From an uncultured Planctomycetota bacterium (lineage in GTDB: Bacteria > Planctomycetota > Planctomycetia > Isosphaerales > Isosphaeraceae), in NCBI GenBank assembly GCA_963823665.1, contig CAWGMQ010000003.1, positions 1,824,001 through 1,888,000 on the forward strand: a DNA stretch of 64,000 nt. Reading direction: 5' to 3'. Under the pieces are notes generated by a model. It was given only the letters and a program-made list of their open reading frames with translations. It had not been told where the DNA came from and searched no databases. Shown one piece after another: positions 40,488 to 52,300 of the stretch. The position numbers and the translations under genes were made by a program. Every line of letters begins with the position of its first letter. Within the stretch, counting starts at the first letter, position 1.

Positions 40488-41582
40488 TTATGACTTCGCG
40501 CCCTTGGCAGGCGCGTGAGCAGGCGGTGCTTCTTCCACGACGGCGGAGTCGTCGACACTGCCGGGCGGGGCCGCGCCAGCGAGTTGCTCGACGATGAGGG
40601 TGGCGAGGCGGTCTTCGGCCATGGTGCCGGCGACGCGCAGGGCATTCTTGATGGCGCGCGATCCGGAGCTGCCGTGGCAGATGATGCAGGCGCCGCGAAT
40701 GCCCAGGAGCGGGCCGCCGCCGAATTCCTCGTATTCGAATCGGGATTTCAGGCGCCGCAGGCTATTGGCCATCTTGGGTCCGGCGTCGCCCGGCAGGTCG
40801 GGCATCAACCGCGCCAGCTCTTCCTTCAAGGTCGAGAACAAGAACTCGACGGCTCCTTCACCGGCTTTGAGCAGGACGTTGCCGACGAATCCGTCGCAGA
40901 TGACGACGCGCACGCGGCCTACATAGATATCGCGGCCCTCGATGTTGCCGGCGAACCGGCCGGACCACGCGCTCTGGTGAAACATATCGCGGGTGGCGCG
41001 CGTGAGTTCGGTGCCTTTTGCGTCCTCGGAGCCGACGTTCATGAGCCCGATGCGGGGCGCGGTCACGCCCAGGATCGTTTCGGCGTAGATTGCGCCCATG
41101 ATCCCGTATTGATAAAGGTCTTCCGGCTTCGGGCTCATATTGGCGCCGACGTCGATGATGACGATCGGCCCCTGATGCGACGGGAAAATGGCGGCGATGC
41201 CGGGCCGGCGCACGCCGGGGAGGAACATCTTGTTGTTGAGGAGCGCGGAGGCGACCATCGCGCCGGTGTTGCCCGCGGATACGACGGCGTTTACTTCACC
41301 GGCGGCCATGAGGCCCCAGCAGCGAGAGATGGAATTGTCGCGTTTTTTTCGCAAGGCTTCGACGGGTTTTTCGTCCATGCCGATCACGTGCGCGGAATGG
41401 ACGATCTCGAGCCGTTCACGGGGGGTTCCGTGTGGTGCGCGAGCCAGCTCATGCTCGACGCGTTCGCGGTCACCGACCAGGATGACTGTCAGCTCCGGGT
41501 GATCGACGACCGCTTCACACGCACCGGTAACGATTGGGCCGGGAGCGAAGTCGCCGCCCATCGCGTCCAAGGCTACACGCAT
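40488..41582 (-). CDS. plsX: Phosphate acyltransferase
   Basis: ALDAMGGDFAP, SAGNTGA, DVGAN, CDGFVGNVLLK, ICHGSS. Confidence 0.96.
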   Translation of the reverse strand: MRVALDAMGGDFAPGPIVTGACEAVVDHPELTVILVGDRERVEHELARAPHGTPRERLEIVHSAHVIGMDEKPVEALRKKRDNSISRCWGLMAAGEVNAVVSAGNTGAMVASALLNNKMFLPGVRRPGIAAIFPSHQGPIVIIDVGANMSPKPEDLYQYGIMGAIYAETILGVTAPRIGLMNVGSEDAKGTELTRATRDMFHQSAWSGRFAGNIEGRDIYVGRVRVVICDGFVGNVLLKAGEGAVEFLFSTLKEELARLMPDLPGDAGPKMANSLRRLKSRFEYEEFGGGPLLGIRGACIICHGSSGSRAIKNALRVAGTMAEDRLATLIVEQLAGAAPPGSVDDSAVVEEAPPAHAPAKGAKS

Positions 41583-41816
41583 TGCTTTACTTCACTTCAT
41601 TGGCAAGGTGTTGATCCCGCTGGCTGGCCGGGCGGGTTCGCTCACGCACGACAAGAAACCGTGGCTCCGGGCCACCGGAAATCCAGGTGGGAGGCCCCCT
41701 TCCCGCTTCACAGGGGCCATCGCGGAATACTGGTTCAGAGCGGGCAGGTTCATACTAGGAGAGGGTGCGGGAGGGTGTCAAGGAGAAGGCGGGGGGTGGT
41801 CAGGACTCGATATCGA

Positions 41817-42447
41817 TCACCCCAGGGAAAGACCGGACTTTAGCTTGTGCCCCTTCGCGCGGGTTGCCAGCGTCAGGTCGAGCGCGGATATTGTGCCGTC
41901 GCCGTTGACGTCGGCGCCGAAGGGCGCGAGCCCGGTCGGGTTTGACAGATTGATTTCGGCGGCGATTTCGTTCAGGTCGTTGCTGTCTACGGTGCCATCA
42001 CCCGTGACGTCGCCGAGCAGGCGGTAGAAGTGGTGCATGTCGGTTGCGCCGCTCGGGAGATTGATATCGAGCTCGTAATAGCCATCAGCCGTCGTCGAGT
42101 TGGGGCTGCTGCCCAGGCCGTTTGTGCCGAAGTCGAGCTCGATGGCGCGGTCGATCACCGAGACGTTGACGTTGGCGAGTGAGATGGGCGTCTTGCTGGA
42201 GGCGTCGTCGTTCAGGTCGTACTGGTAGAGTTGGATCTCGGGTGATGCCGTTTTGAGTGAATTGACGATCTGGGTGAGCTGGCCGCCGGACTGGGTGTCG
42301 GATTCGTTGAAATCGACTTGGAGGTAGCGGATGTAGGATCGCTCGGCGGCGCCGTCTTCGACGATCAAGGTTGTGGTCTGGAGCTGGGTTGGGGTGGCGA
42401 AGGTTTCTTGGAGGGTGAGGTTGGGGAGATACGTGCTGGCTTCGATC
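41817..42447 (-). pseudogene. Orphan duplicate of the 3' end (dockerin region) of the giant gene
   Basis: Protein is near-identical to the last ~205 aa of 43375-64000 (RSYIRYLQVDFNESDTQSGG...KGHKLKSGLSLG*). Homology stops at ~42447, with no signal peptide or convincing start. Confidence 0.85.
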
Positions 42448-42532
42448 GTGGTGGCAGAAACCATGTGCCGCATCCGGCTTCCGTACGCTAGAATAATGGA
42501 GAGAAGGACCGCACAAGGGGCGAGAGGTAAGC

Positions 42533-42862
42533 ATGAACCCGAATGAGCGAACAAACACGTTGACAGGGACCTGGAAGGAGGGCCAGATCATCCTCGATGA
42601 GCAAGCCGATTGGCCGGACGGCTGCCGTGTGACGGTCGTGCCTATTCCTGGTCAAGTCGAGACGCTTGGGATAACGGAGCAGCAATGGCCGCGGACTCCC
42701 GAAGCCATTGCGGAGTGGCTCGCGTGGTTTGATTCGATCGAGCCCATTGAGATGACGTCGGAGGAAGAAGCGGACTGGCGCGGCGCGATGGAAGCGCAGA
42801 AGGCGTACGAGATCGGTAAGCTTGAGGAGCGTGCGAAAAGAATCGAGGGCCTCTTTCCATGA
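42533..42862 (+). CDS. Putative antitoxin (AF2212/DUF104-like N-terminus)
   Basis: RBS GAGAGG; LTGTWKEGQIILDEQADWPDGCRVTV; acidic C-terminus; ATGA overlap with the PIN gene. Confidence 0.75.
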   Translation: MNPNERTNTLTGTWKEGQIILDEQADWPDGCRVTVVPIPGQVETLGITEQQWPRTPEAIAEWLAWFDSIEPIEMTSEEEADWRGAMEAQKAYEIGKLEERAKRIEGLFP

Positions 42863-43267
42863 GGCGCGTACCTCCACGACACCGGCGTTGCGGGGGATTT
42901 CATCGCGCGTCGCCGCGGTGTCGACGCCCGTGTGCGCGATGCAGCCGTCCAGGGAGACATTGCGGGCATCTGCCTCCCGGTCTTGGGCGAGCTTTGGGCG
43001 GGGATGGAGTTGAGCGAGACTCGGGACCGCAACGTCGAACGGATGCGCCGCGCCCTTGCCCGCCTCAGGATCTGGCCGTTCGACGAGAGAGCCGCTCAGG
43101 AGTACGGCCGGATTTTCGCGACACTGCGTGGGAATGGACGTATGATCCAGCAAATCGACATTCAGGTTGCCGCAATTGCCCTGAGTCTAAGCAATTGCAC
43201 GGTGGTGTCTGGAGATGCGGACCTTTCTGCCGTGCCGGGGCTGAGGGTCGAGAACTGGGCGTCGTAG
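42859..43267 (+). CDS. vapC: VapC-family PIN-domain toxin (+1 frameshift at ~42868)
   Basis: Removing one G gives MRRYLHDTG...PVLGELWAG...WPFDERAAQEYGRI...IQQIDIQVAAIAL...VSGDADLSAVPGLRVENW. Confidence 0.85.
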
Positions 43268-43289
43268 TCACTACGGTCGCCGCTGCGGG

Positions 43290-43334
43290 CGGCCACCCCT
43301 CGGGTGGCCGAGACCACCTCCCAACATTGCGGCC
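43290..43334. repeat. REP-like intergenic element, copy 2 (hairpin between convergent genes)
   Basis: CGGCCACCC-CTC-GGGTGGCCG stem followed by AGACCACCTCCCAACATTGCGGCC. Confidence 0.5.
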
Positions 43335-43374
43335 TCGCCGCGCCGGGGTCTCTGCCATCTGGGTGGGGTGTCGA

Positions 43375-46300
43375 TCATCCCAGGGACAGACCCGACTTGA
43401 GCTTATGGCCCTTCGCGCGCGTTGCCAGCGTCAGGTCGATTGCGGATATGGTGCCGTCGCCATTCACGTCCGCGCCCAGGGGCGCGAGCCCGGTCGGGTT
43501 TGACAGATTGATTTCGGCGGCGATTTCGTTCAGGTCGTTGTTGTCTACCGTGCCGTCTCCGGTGACGTCGCCGAGCATGCGGTAGAAGTTGTGGATGGCG
43601 GTTGCTCCGTTCGGGAGCTTGATATCGAGCTCGTAGTAGCCATCGGCGGTCGTTGTGTTGGGGCTGCCGCCCAGGCCGTTTGCGCCGAAGTCGAGCTCGA
43701 TGGCGTGGTCGATCAGCGAGACGTTGACATTGGCGAGTGAGACGGGCGTCTCGCTCGAGGCGTCGTCGTTCAAGTCGTACTGGTAAAGCTGGATCTCGGG
43801 TGATGCGGTTTTCAGGGAATTGACGATCTGGGTGAGCTCGCCGCCGGACTGGGTGTCGGACTCGTTGAAGTCGACTTGCAGGTAGCGGATGTAGGAGCGC
43901 TCGACGGCGCCGTCTTCGACGATCAAGCTGGTGGTCTGGAGCTGGGATGGTGTGGCGGCTGCGAAGGTATCTGTGAGGGTGAGGTTGGGGGTTGCCGGGG
44001 CAGACTGAGTGTTGCCGGCGCTGTCGAGGCCGATGCTGTAGAATGCGTAGGCGTGCTGAGCACCGTCCGTGAGACCCTGGTACGGGATGGTCGCCTGGAC
44101 AGTCCCCGCGCTATTGGCTGGGCCGGCGGGAATCGCCGGTCCAACCGGGCTATACGGTCCGGAATCGACCGAGACGTAGACCTCGAAATAGGTCACGATA
44201 CCACCACCGGGATCAGTCCCCGTGATGTTGAGCGTGAACGTGCCCGTGGTGGTATTCACCGTGCTCGGGTTGGTGCCGGTCGTACTGTCGACGACAGTGA
44301 CGGGCGCGGTCAGGTTGGGTAGATACGTGCTGGCCTCAATCTGCGGGTTGTAAGCCTGGGTATTGCCGGCGTTGTCTGTCGCCGTGCTGTAGAACGCATA
44401 GGTTGTGTTGCTCTGGCCGGAGAAGGTCGCCGTTGGGTTGGAGGCCGGGACGGTGGTCCATAGCGACCAGGCTCCGCCGTTGGTGCTCGAGTAGATATTG
44501 TAGGACTTCAAGCCGGAGGGGGGTGAGCCGGCATCGGAGCCGGTCACGGAGACCGCGACCGTGACGCTCGTGCCGCGTGCCGGGAGCGAGTTGACCGTGC
44601 TTGTGGGCGGTGTTGTGTCCATCAGCCACGAGGTCGAGAGAGTTCCCGAGCCGGGGTTGCCGTTCTGGTCGTCGATGGCGGCGGCGTTCACTGTCAACGT
44701 GTAATTGCCGTTGTTCTTGGTCAGGCTGCTGAGGCCGTTGATCTGGTAGGTCGAGCCAGATACCAGCGTGATCGTGACCGCACTTGTGATCAGGTTGGGG
44801 CCGCCGTTGTCGGTGAGGGTCAGCGCGTCGTCGTCGGAACCAGTCAGGTCGAGCGGCTGGGTGAACGTGACGTCAATCGCTGAGACGGCGGTGTTGCGCG
44901 GGTTGGGCGCCACGGCTGCGATCGAGCTGACCGTCATGGGCACCCGGATCTGGACGGTCTGCTGGGCCGCGGCTGGCGTCGATTGGACGTTGCCCGCCGC
45001 ATCGGTCGCGATGCTGTAGAAGCCGTAGCCATGACCGGCCTGGCCGACAAAGACAGCGGAGGGATCGGCGGGCGTCACCGTGGCGAGCAGGCTGAAGGCC
45101 CCGCCGTCCTTCGACACGTAGATGGCGAATGATGCGATGCCCGACGGCGTGCTGCCGTTTGCGCCGATCGGGTCGGTGCCGGTGACCGAAACAACGAAGC
45201 TGGTCGAGGTCGTCTGCGACGGCAAGGCAGTGATCGTACTCGTCGGCGGGGTCGTGTCCATGAGCCACGAGGTCGACGTCGCGCTGGTGCCGACATTGCC
45301 GGCCTCGTCCTGGACGCCCGATGCGTTGATCATGAGCACGTATGTCCCTTCGGCGTTCGTCAGGCCGGAGAGCCCGCCGATCTCGTAAGTCGAGGTCGTG
45401 CCCGATACCAAGGCGATCGTAACGGCACTCGTGATCAGGTTGGGGCCGCCGTTATCGGTCAGAGTGAGGTTGGCGGTCGTGAATGTGCTCAGGTTGATGG
45501 GCCCGGAGAACGTGACGTCGGCTGTGCTGACCGGGGAGTTGGTCGCATTTGACGCAGGGCCGGTGACCGAGGAGATCGTGAGCGGGTTTTCGTCAACCAA
45601 TACGTTAAGCGTGGCGGCCGGCGAGACATTGCCCGCGGGATCGGTCGCCGTGACCGAGAGGTCGTTTGCGCCGGCCGGGAGCGTGAGTGCGATCGAGAAG
45701 CTGGTGCCATTGACGTTTGCGTAGCCCAGGTCGGTGTTACCGTCCATCACGTCGACGGACAGGCCCGTTTCCGGGAGGGTGCCGGTGAGCGTGACCGAGC
45801 CGGTGTCGGTCAGGCCGGGGGAGACGCCGGTGTTCGGCGAAATCGCCAGGTCCGTCGGGGCCGTGGGCGCCGTCGTGATCAATGTCCAGGTAGCCGAAGC
45901 GCTGCCGGTTCCCGTGTTGCCGTACAGGTCCTCGACGCCTACCGCGCTGATTGTGAACGTGTATGTGCCGTCGATGGGCAGGAGCAGGTTGTTGAAGTTG
46001 GAGATCGCGAATTCGGTCGGCGAGAGCTGGGTGATCGTGATATTGGGCGTGATCAGGTTGGGCTCGCCGGGCTTGGCATACGTGATGTTCTGGTACGTGA
46101 ACGTACTGGGGACAATCGGCTCGGAGAAGATCACATCGATCGTGGGAACGATGATGTTGCGCGGGGTTTGGATATAAGTCGGCAGCGACGCGATGGTCGG
46201 GCCGACCGTGTTCATTGTCCAGGTTTCCGAGAGGAAACCGACGCCCGAGTCGCCCGAGCCATCGACGAGCCTGCCGGCGCTCACCGTCAAGTCGTAATTG

Positions 46301-49300
46301 CCGTCGGCGGTACTAACGGAACCGAGGCCGCCGATGCTGTAGGTTGTGGGCGTGATCTCGGTGACGGTAACCCCTGAAGTGATGAGGTTGGACCCACCGT
46401 TTACGGTCAGGCTCAGGGCCTGGTAGTTAAACGACGCCGGGTTGATGGGCTCGGAGAGGACGACGTCGACCGAATCGACGGGCGTGTTTCGGAGGGCGGG
46501 ATTTCCGGCTCCCACGCTGACGACGACGGGCACGTTGGTGCCCGTGGCCCAGGAAGTGGATGCGGAACCCGAGGCCGTGCCGACGTCGCCGAAGAAGTCG
46601 CTGATGCCGGTCGCGTCAACAGTCAGCGTATAGTTGCCGTAGTCGCCGGTGAGAGCCGAAAGACCGCCGATGGTGAAGGTCGTTGGCGAATCTTGCGTGA
46701 TCGTCACTCTGGAGTTGATCAGGTCCGCGCCGCCATTGAGCGTGAGGGACAAGTTCTGATTCGTGAACGTGGTGGGATCGATGGGCTCGGAGAACGTCAC
46801 ATTGACCGACCCGATGGTGCCGCTTTGCGGGCTCGAAACTGAGGAGACAGAGGATACCGTGGGCGCGGTCAAGCTGGTGGGTCGATAGTACAGCATGTAC
46901 GAGCCGGTGCTGTTGTCGTCGAGGATGTGGAGCTCGTAATCGGTCATCTTCGCGCCTGTTGGCGAGAGCGTGAGGTCGGTCTGCCAGGCCTGTTCGTTGA
47001 CCGGGATACGCTCGCCGTTTGCGCTGACGATCTTGTAGAGTGTGTAACCTGCGCCTGGGTCGGGGAGCTGAATATAATCCCAGCCGCTGGTGACGTCGGC
47101 GGTGAGCTGGAAAGTCAATGCACTGGCGGGGCCGACCTGCGTGGCCGTCGCATTACTTGCGATGTTAACCGCGGCAGTCGTGCCGTCCGAGAAGTAGATC
47201 GTGTCGGGCAAGTTCTCGGGGTTGGGGTTATCGTCAACCAGGTAGTCGGTGGCGCCGGTGCTATTGGACCCGTTGAAGTCGCCGGCGTAAACGAGGGAGT
47301 GCGTCGTCACGCTCTCGATCAGGCTGGTCTCTGCGCCCCCCAGGGCGTTGGAGTTGCTAAACGTGGCGGTGAAGTTGTCGAACACGCCGGGGAGCATTGA
47401 CTGGAGCAAGAAGGTTGCGTCGGCTGTTTGGCCGGGTGCGATGTCGCCGAAGTCGACACTGAGCGACGGCGTCTCCTGCTGGTTGCCGACCTGGGTGCCG
47501 ACGATCTGGAAGGTGTCGAGCAGGCCCTTGGCGTTCTGGAGGATTTGCGGCTGGGCCGTGGTGATCGAGAGACTGTTTGCCGCGCCGGCGCCGACGTTGG
47601 TCACGAGCAATCCGAGCGTGGCGGGTTCAGTTGGATCGACGACGTCTTTCTGCAAGAAGTAATTGAGCTGAAGCTCGGCCTGGGGATCGACGGTGATCGT
47701 GGACGGGAAGACCGGAATCGTGACAGCCCCGCCCGCCGGATCGGTGTAGCCGAACGTCCCGCCGATCATGTACTCGGTCGGTCCGTCGGACGCGGCCGTG
47801 TTATCGGGAATAAATGTGAACGAGATGGTGCCGGTGCTGTTATCAGGCAGCGTGGCCTCGCCGTTGACGACGCTGAAGGCGCCGCTATAGCTCGGGCTCG
47901 TGACGAAAAACTCTCCATTGGCTGGATTACCCTCCGCGTCGGTGATGTTGATGTTCATCGACACGTTGGTCATCGAGCCCGTGCCTTCGCTGTTGGTGAT
48001 CGTGAGTGTCCCGCTGAAAGCCGTCTGAGTAAGTGTGGCATACTGGTCAAGTTGGAGCACGATCGTCGCGCAGGTGCCCTGTCCGGCTAGGTCGCTCTCA
48101 AAATGCGCAAGCACTCCTTGCACTTCGGTGCCAACGTCGCTGTATCCAGCGACTTCGGCTTCTTGCTCGGCAGTCACGGCGGCGGCGAAGGCGGTCTGGA
48201 TGGTGTTGATATCGAGGAAGTCGGTGCTTTGCCCGGAGGGGACCTGTGCGGCGGTGAAGATGCCTTGGCTCCAAAACTGCACGGTTCGATTCCAGCGAGC
48301 GATGAACTCCTGCGCTTCGCTGGTCGACACCGAACTGGGCAACGTGGTGGCGAGGAGCTGGGTTGATTCTGCGGCGCTAATCTGCCCGCCGTCGGTGGAG
48401 GTCTGGACGTCGGTGAAGAAGTCTGTCATCCATTGCTGGAGAGTGGCCGTCTGGGTCGTGTCCAGCCAATCGGCATCACCGCCAAACAGCAGGTTCTCGG
48501 CGTTTGTGACCGCTTCGAGCCTCGAGTCCACTTCTTGGATGAGGTCGATGTCGCCGGTGATGCCGAGGCTCGCGCCCTCGCCCGCTGCCGTGAGCAAAAT
48601 GCCCGCGAGGTCCGCTTCGACCTGGTCGAAGGTCGCGACCGTGGAAACCATCTGATCCGCAAGCGCTGCGGTGTAGCCGTCGTTGCCGCTCTGGCCGTTG
48701 ATCAATCCCAGGTTGCCGAGTGCAATAGCGATGAACGCGACGGGCGAAGCATCGTCGGGCGGTGGACCGGCGGCGCTGGCTGCTTGAGCGGTGCCCGTGA
48801 CCGCCGGGGTCGTGTTGATGGGAGGATCGGCTGCGGCTCCGGCAGCTTGCTGCGCTTGTTGCTGGAGTGGAGGGATCGCGGGGTTGCACTGCGAAGTGTC
48901 TTCAGTTGCCGTCTGCCATATAAGTCCACCGCCGCCCATCCCGACAATCTTAGCCTGCACTGTCTTCGTAACGGCTAGAGGAGTGCAAGTCGTGCCCGTC
49001 AAGTTCCCGGCCACCCCGCCCGCACCGATGGTAGTCACCGCGGTCGATTTCACAAGATTACCGTGGCACGTGTAATCATAAGGTACGACAAGCGGTATAA
49101 TGCATAATGGGATAGGAGGAGGAGGCGGAGGAGGCGGCGGCGGGGGGGGGATGTCGTCACACCCATCGTCGTCTCCTTGACCCCCGCCGTTATTACCTTG
49201 GCCGCCGCCATTGCCTCCTAGGCCTCCACCGGTGCCCCGCAAACCTACGCCTGGGTCCGATGGGCCTCCACCTGGGCCCGTCGGCGGAAGCAGCGAGCCG

Positions 49301-52300
49301 ATGAGGTCCGTAACGTCCCAGATCAGGAGAGCTGCATCAATGTAGGGATTCCATTCAAGCGGAGCGGCTGCGAGGGATCGTGCACCAGCCCTCTCCGCCC
49401 ATGCAAGAGCCGCGCGTTCGACCCTTGCAATCTCGGCGGGATTCGACACGAAGATCCGGGCGGCTTTGTTGTTAATGTAATTCGGACCGTAGTTCTTAAA
49501 AACGGTCACTATCTGCCCATTGACATTGCGGGCCACGAAAGTCTCCGTCGTATGGTTGACGTACCCAACGCGGAGTACGCCATTTTCTTGAAAATACGCG
49601 AACGGTCCTTTTGCCCCTGGTACATCCCAGATGGCCCCGCGAGTGAACGCTCTTCGAAGAGCATAAAGTGTAAACTCGATGTCGCCCGGCGCATCAAGAA
49701 ACTGCCCGATACCCATCCCACCCAGTTGCCCGCCGAGCGCGAACGGGTTCGTCACAGCGGCTTTCACGCTGATGATTTGGCCGGCCGACAAATATGCGTA
49801 CTCATTGGTGGCGACGGATTGCCCAAACGGTAGATAGGCGTACTGGTTGGCGATCTTGCCGGCGGCCGATGTGATGTCCACCGTAGAGCCGGCGTTGTTG
49901 AAATCGTAATATGAGGCGGCGCCGCTCGGGCTGACCTGGCTCACCAGGCCTAATCCATACGTGTAGTGTGCCGTCAGGCCTCCGTTGTTGTTGTACGCGC
50001 CGGCGCCGCTAAATGCGGCGACCACGGTCCCATTCGGATCTATCTGGTAGTTGGTGATGGCGTTGCTTATGGTTTGAGAGATCAGATTACCAAACGGATC
50101 GTAAGCGTAACTTTCCGTTAGCCCTGGGCTGGTGGCGCTGACGAGCTCGTCGAGTTCGTTGTACGCGAAGTTAGCGGTGTTGCCAGTCGGACCCGTTGAG
50201 GAGAGCAGGTTGCCGTCCGCATCATATTCGTAAGTGGTTGTGCCCACCCCTACAGTGGTACTGGAGGTGACTTCGTTCACGCTGTTGACAGCAAAGGTCG
50301 TTACCACACCGTTGGCCGTTTCGGAAATTACGTTTCCCCCCGCGTCATAGGCATACTGCACGTCCTGGGCGGCCAGCCCATCGGGATCGGTTGAATTCGG
50401 CGCGAAAACGGCGGTGGTCAATTCGCTGTCGGCGTTGTAGGTGTAAGCCCACATGCCGTCTTGGCTGGTGTCCGTCAGGACATTTCCGAATGCGTCGTAG
50501 GTATAATCATCGAACGAATTGACCGCGCTTTCTGCTGGATCGAAACTGGTTGACCCGGCAGATGGAGCGTAGTTTGTAATGCTCAGCACGTCACCATCAC
50601 CGTCGTGCGCGTACATCGTGAAGGTCCCGTTGCCGTTGTCTTTCTGGATCAGGTTGCCGGCGGCGTCGTAGCTGTAGAGTACGATGAGGTTGCCGCTGGC
50701 ATCGGTAAGCTCAGAAAGCCGGCCCACGGCGTCGTAGATGTAATTGACCGTGAACCCGGTTTGATCGACGCTCTGCGTCCGCTGGCAGACGGCGTTGTAG
50801 CTGAACTTAAGCCACGTGCCATCGGGATATTCGACCTCGGTGAGCAGATTTGGGTTGCTCGAGTCGCCATAGACGAACGTGTCGATGTTGCCATCGGCAT
50901 CGGTCGCACTCGTAATGTTTCCTTCAGTATTGTACGTGTAGGTGTAGGATGTGCCGTCGGCGAACGTCTCCTGGGTCACGAGTCCGTCGGCGTTGTAGGC
51001 GTAATCGATGGCCTGACCGTTGGCATCGAGGAACGACGTTGCCTCGCCCAAGGGATTGTAGGTATAAGACTGCTCCGTTCCGTCGGCGTACGTTACCGAC
51101 AGCAAATCGTCGTCGGAGTCGTACGCATAGCTCGTCGTATTGCCCATCGGGTCGGTGTAGCTGGTCAGGTCATTATTCGCGTTGTAGGTATAGGAGGTGG
51201 TCAAACCGAGAGGGTCCGTCTCGCTGGTGAGGTTACCGTCAGCGTCGTAAGAGTAGGTGTAGGTCAATCCTCCGGGTCCGACCGACTCGATAAGATTGAG
51301 ATTGGTGTCGTAGTAGTTGCGGGTGACGTTGCCCAAGGGATCGATTGTCACCGCAGGGGCGCCATAAAGGTCGAAGTAGGTGGTGTTCGTGTTGCCGTCG
51401 CCGTCAGTCTCGGTGTACCCGCCAGGGGTCAGATAGGCGATCGTCTCATCTTCGGCGCCGCCGTTCTCGTGCTCGTCGATGAGCTGGCCGTCGGCGTTAT
51501 AACTAAAGTGCGTTTCAGTTCCGTTCGCGTAGGTTATGCTGGCCAGTGCATAGTTCTGTGCAGCGGACTCGCCGGTGACATAGGTGTAGGTAGTGGTGCC
51601 ATAAGCGTCGGTGAAACTGGTCAGAAACTGGCCGGTCGGGTCGTATCCGTAAGTCTCGGTCTGCCCGGTGGAGTCGGTCAGGCTGGAAAGATGCGCCTGG
51701 GCGTTGTATGCCAGATCGATGTATTCACCGTTCGAATCGGTCAGGGTAGTGAGTTGTCCGACGGAGTTGTAAGCTGCCGTGATTCGGTTACCATCGGAAT
51801 CCGCGACGTAGTGCAAGCTGCCGTTGGCGTTGAACCGATAGGTTGTGCCATCGCTCAGGGTAAGTTGGTATCTGCCGTCGATCTCGGTGAGCGTCGTTCC
51901 CTCGTCACCGGCCTCGGGCGCGAAGGCCCCGTTCGACTCCTGGCTGAAGTACGCAGACGTGCCGTCATCGTTTATGACGACACCTCCGTTAGCCATCGTG
52001 GTCGCAGAGATGTCCCAATTGGTCGTCCAGCCGTACCCAAGGATTCCCTCGGTGTAACGGCCAGATATAGAGGCCTGGTATGACTGTGCGAACGTCAGAT
52101 CCATGCCCGGAGCGGGGAGGTCCTCAGCGGCCTCAGTGGCGAGGGTTTGAGTGGCGTAACTGGCATTTGCCTTTTCGGTTTCGAACCAAAGCAAGTCGCT
52201 GACGTCTGTCGTCGGCTCGCCAATACTCGCGAGATAGGCGGAGTCACTGTCGAGAGTCTGGACATACTGGCCCCAGGTTGAGCCCATGTTTTGAGCCACG

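Noticed and set aside
23240..41582. Type II PKS or ladderane-like biosynthetic cluster
   Set aside because: The genes are ordinary single-copy FAS II components; no chain-length factor, radical SAM or tailoring enzymes.
41813..43990. Template/variable repeat pair of a diversity-generating retroelement
   Set aside because: Differences are mostly synonymous and not adenine-specific, and there is no RT gene in the window.
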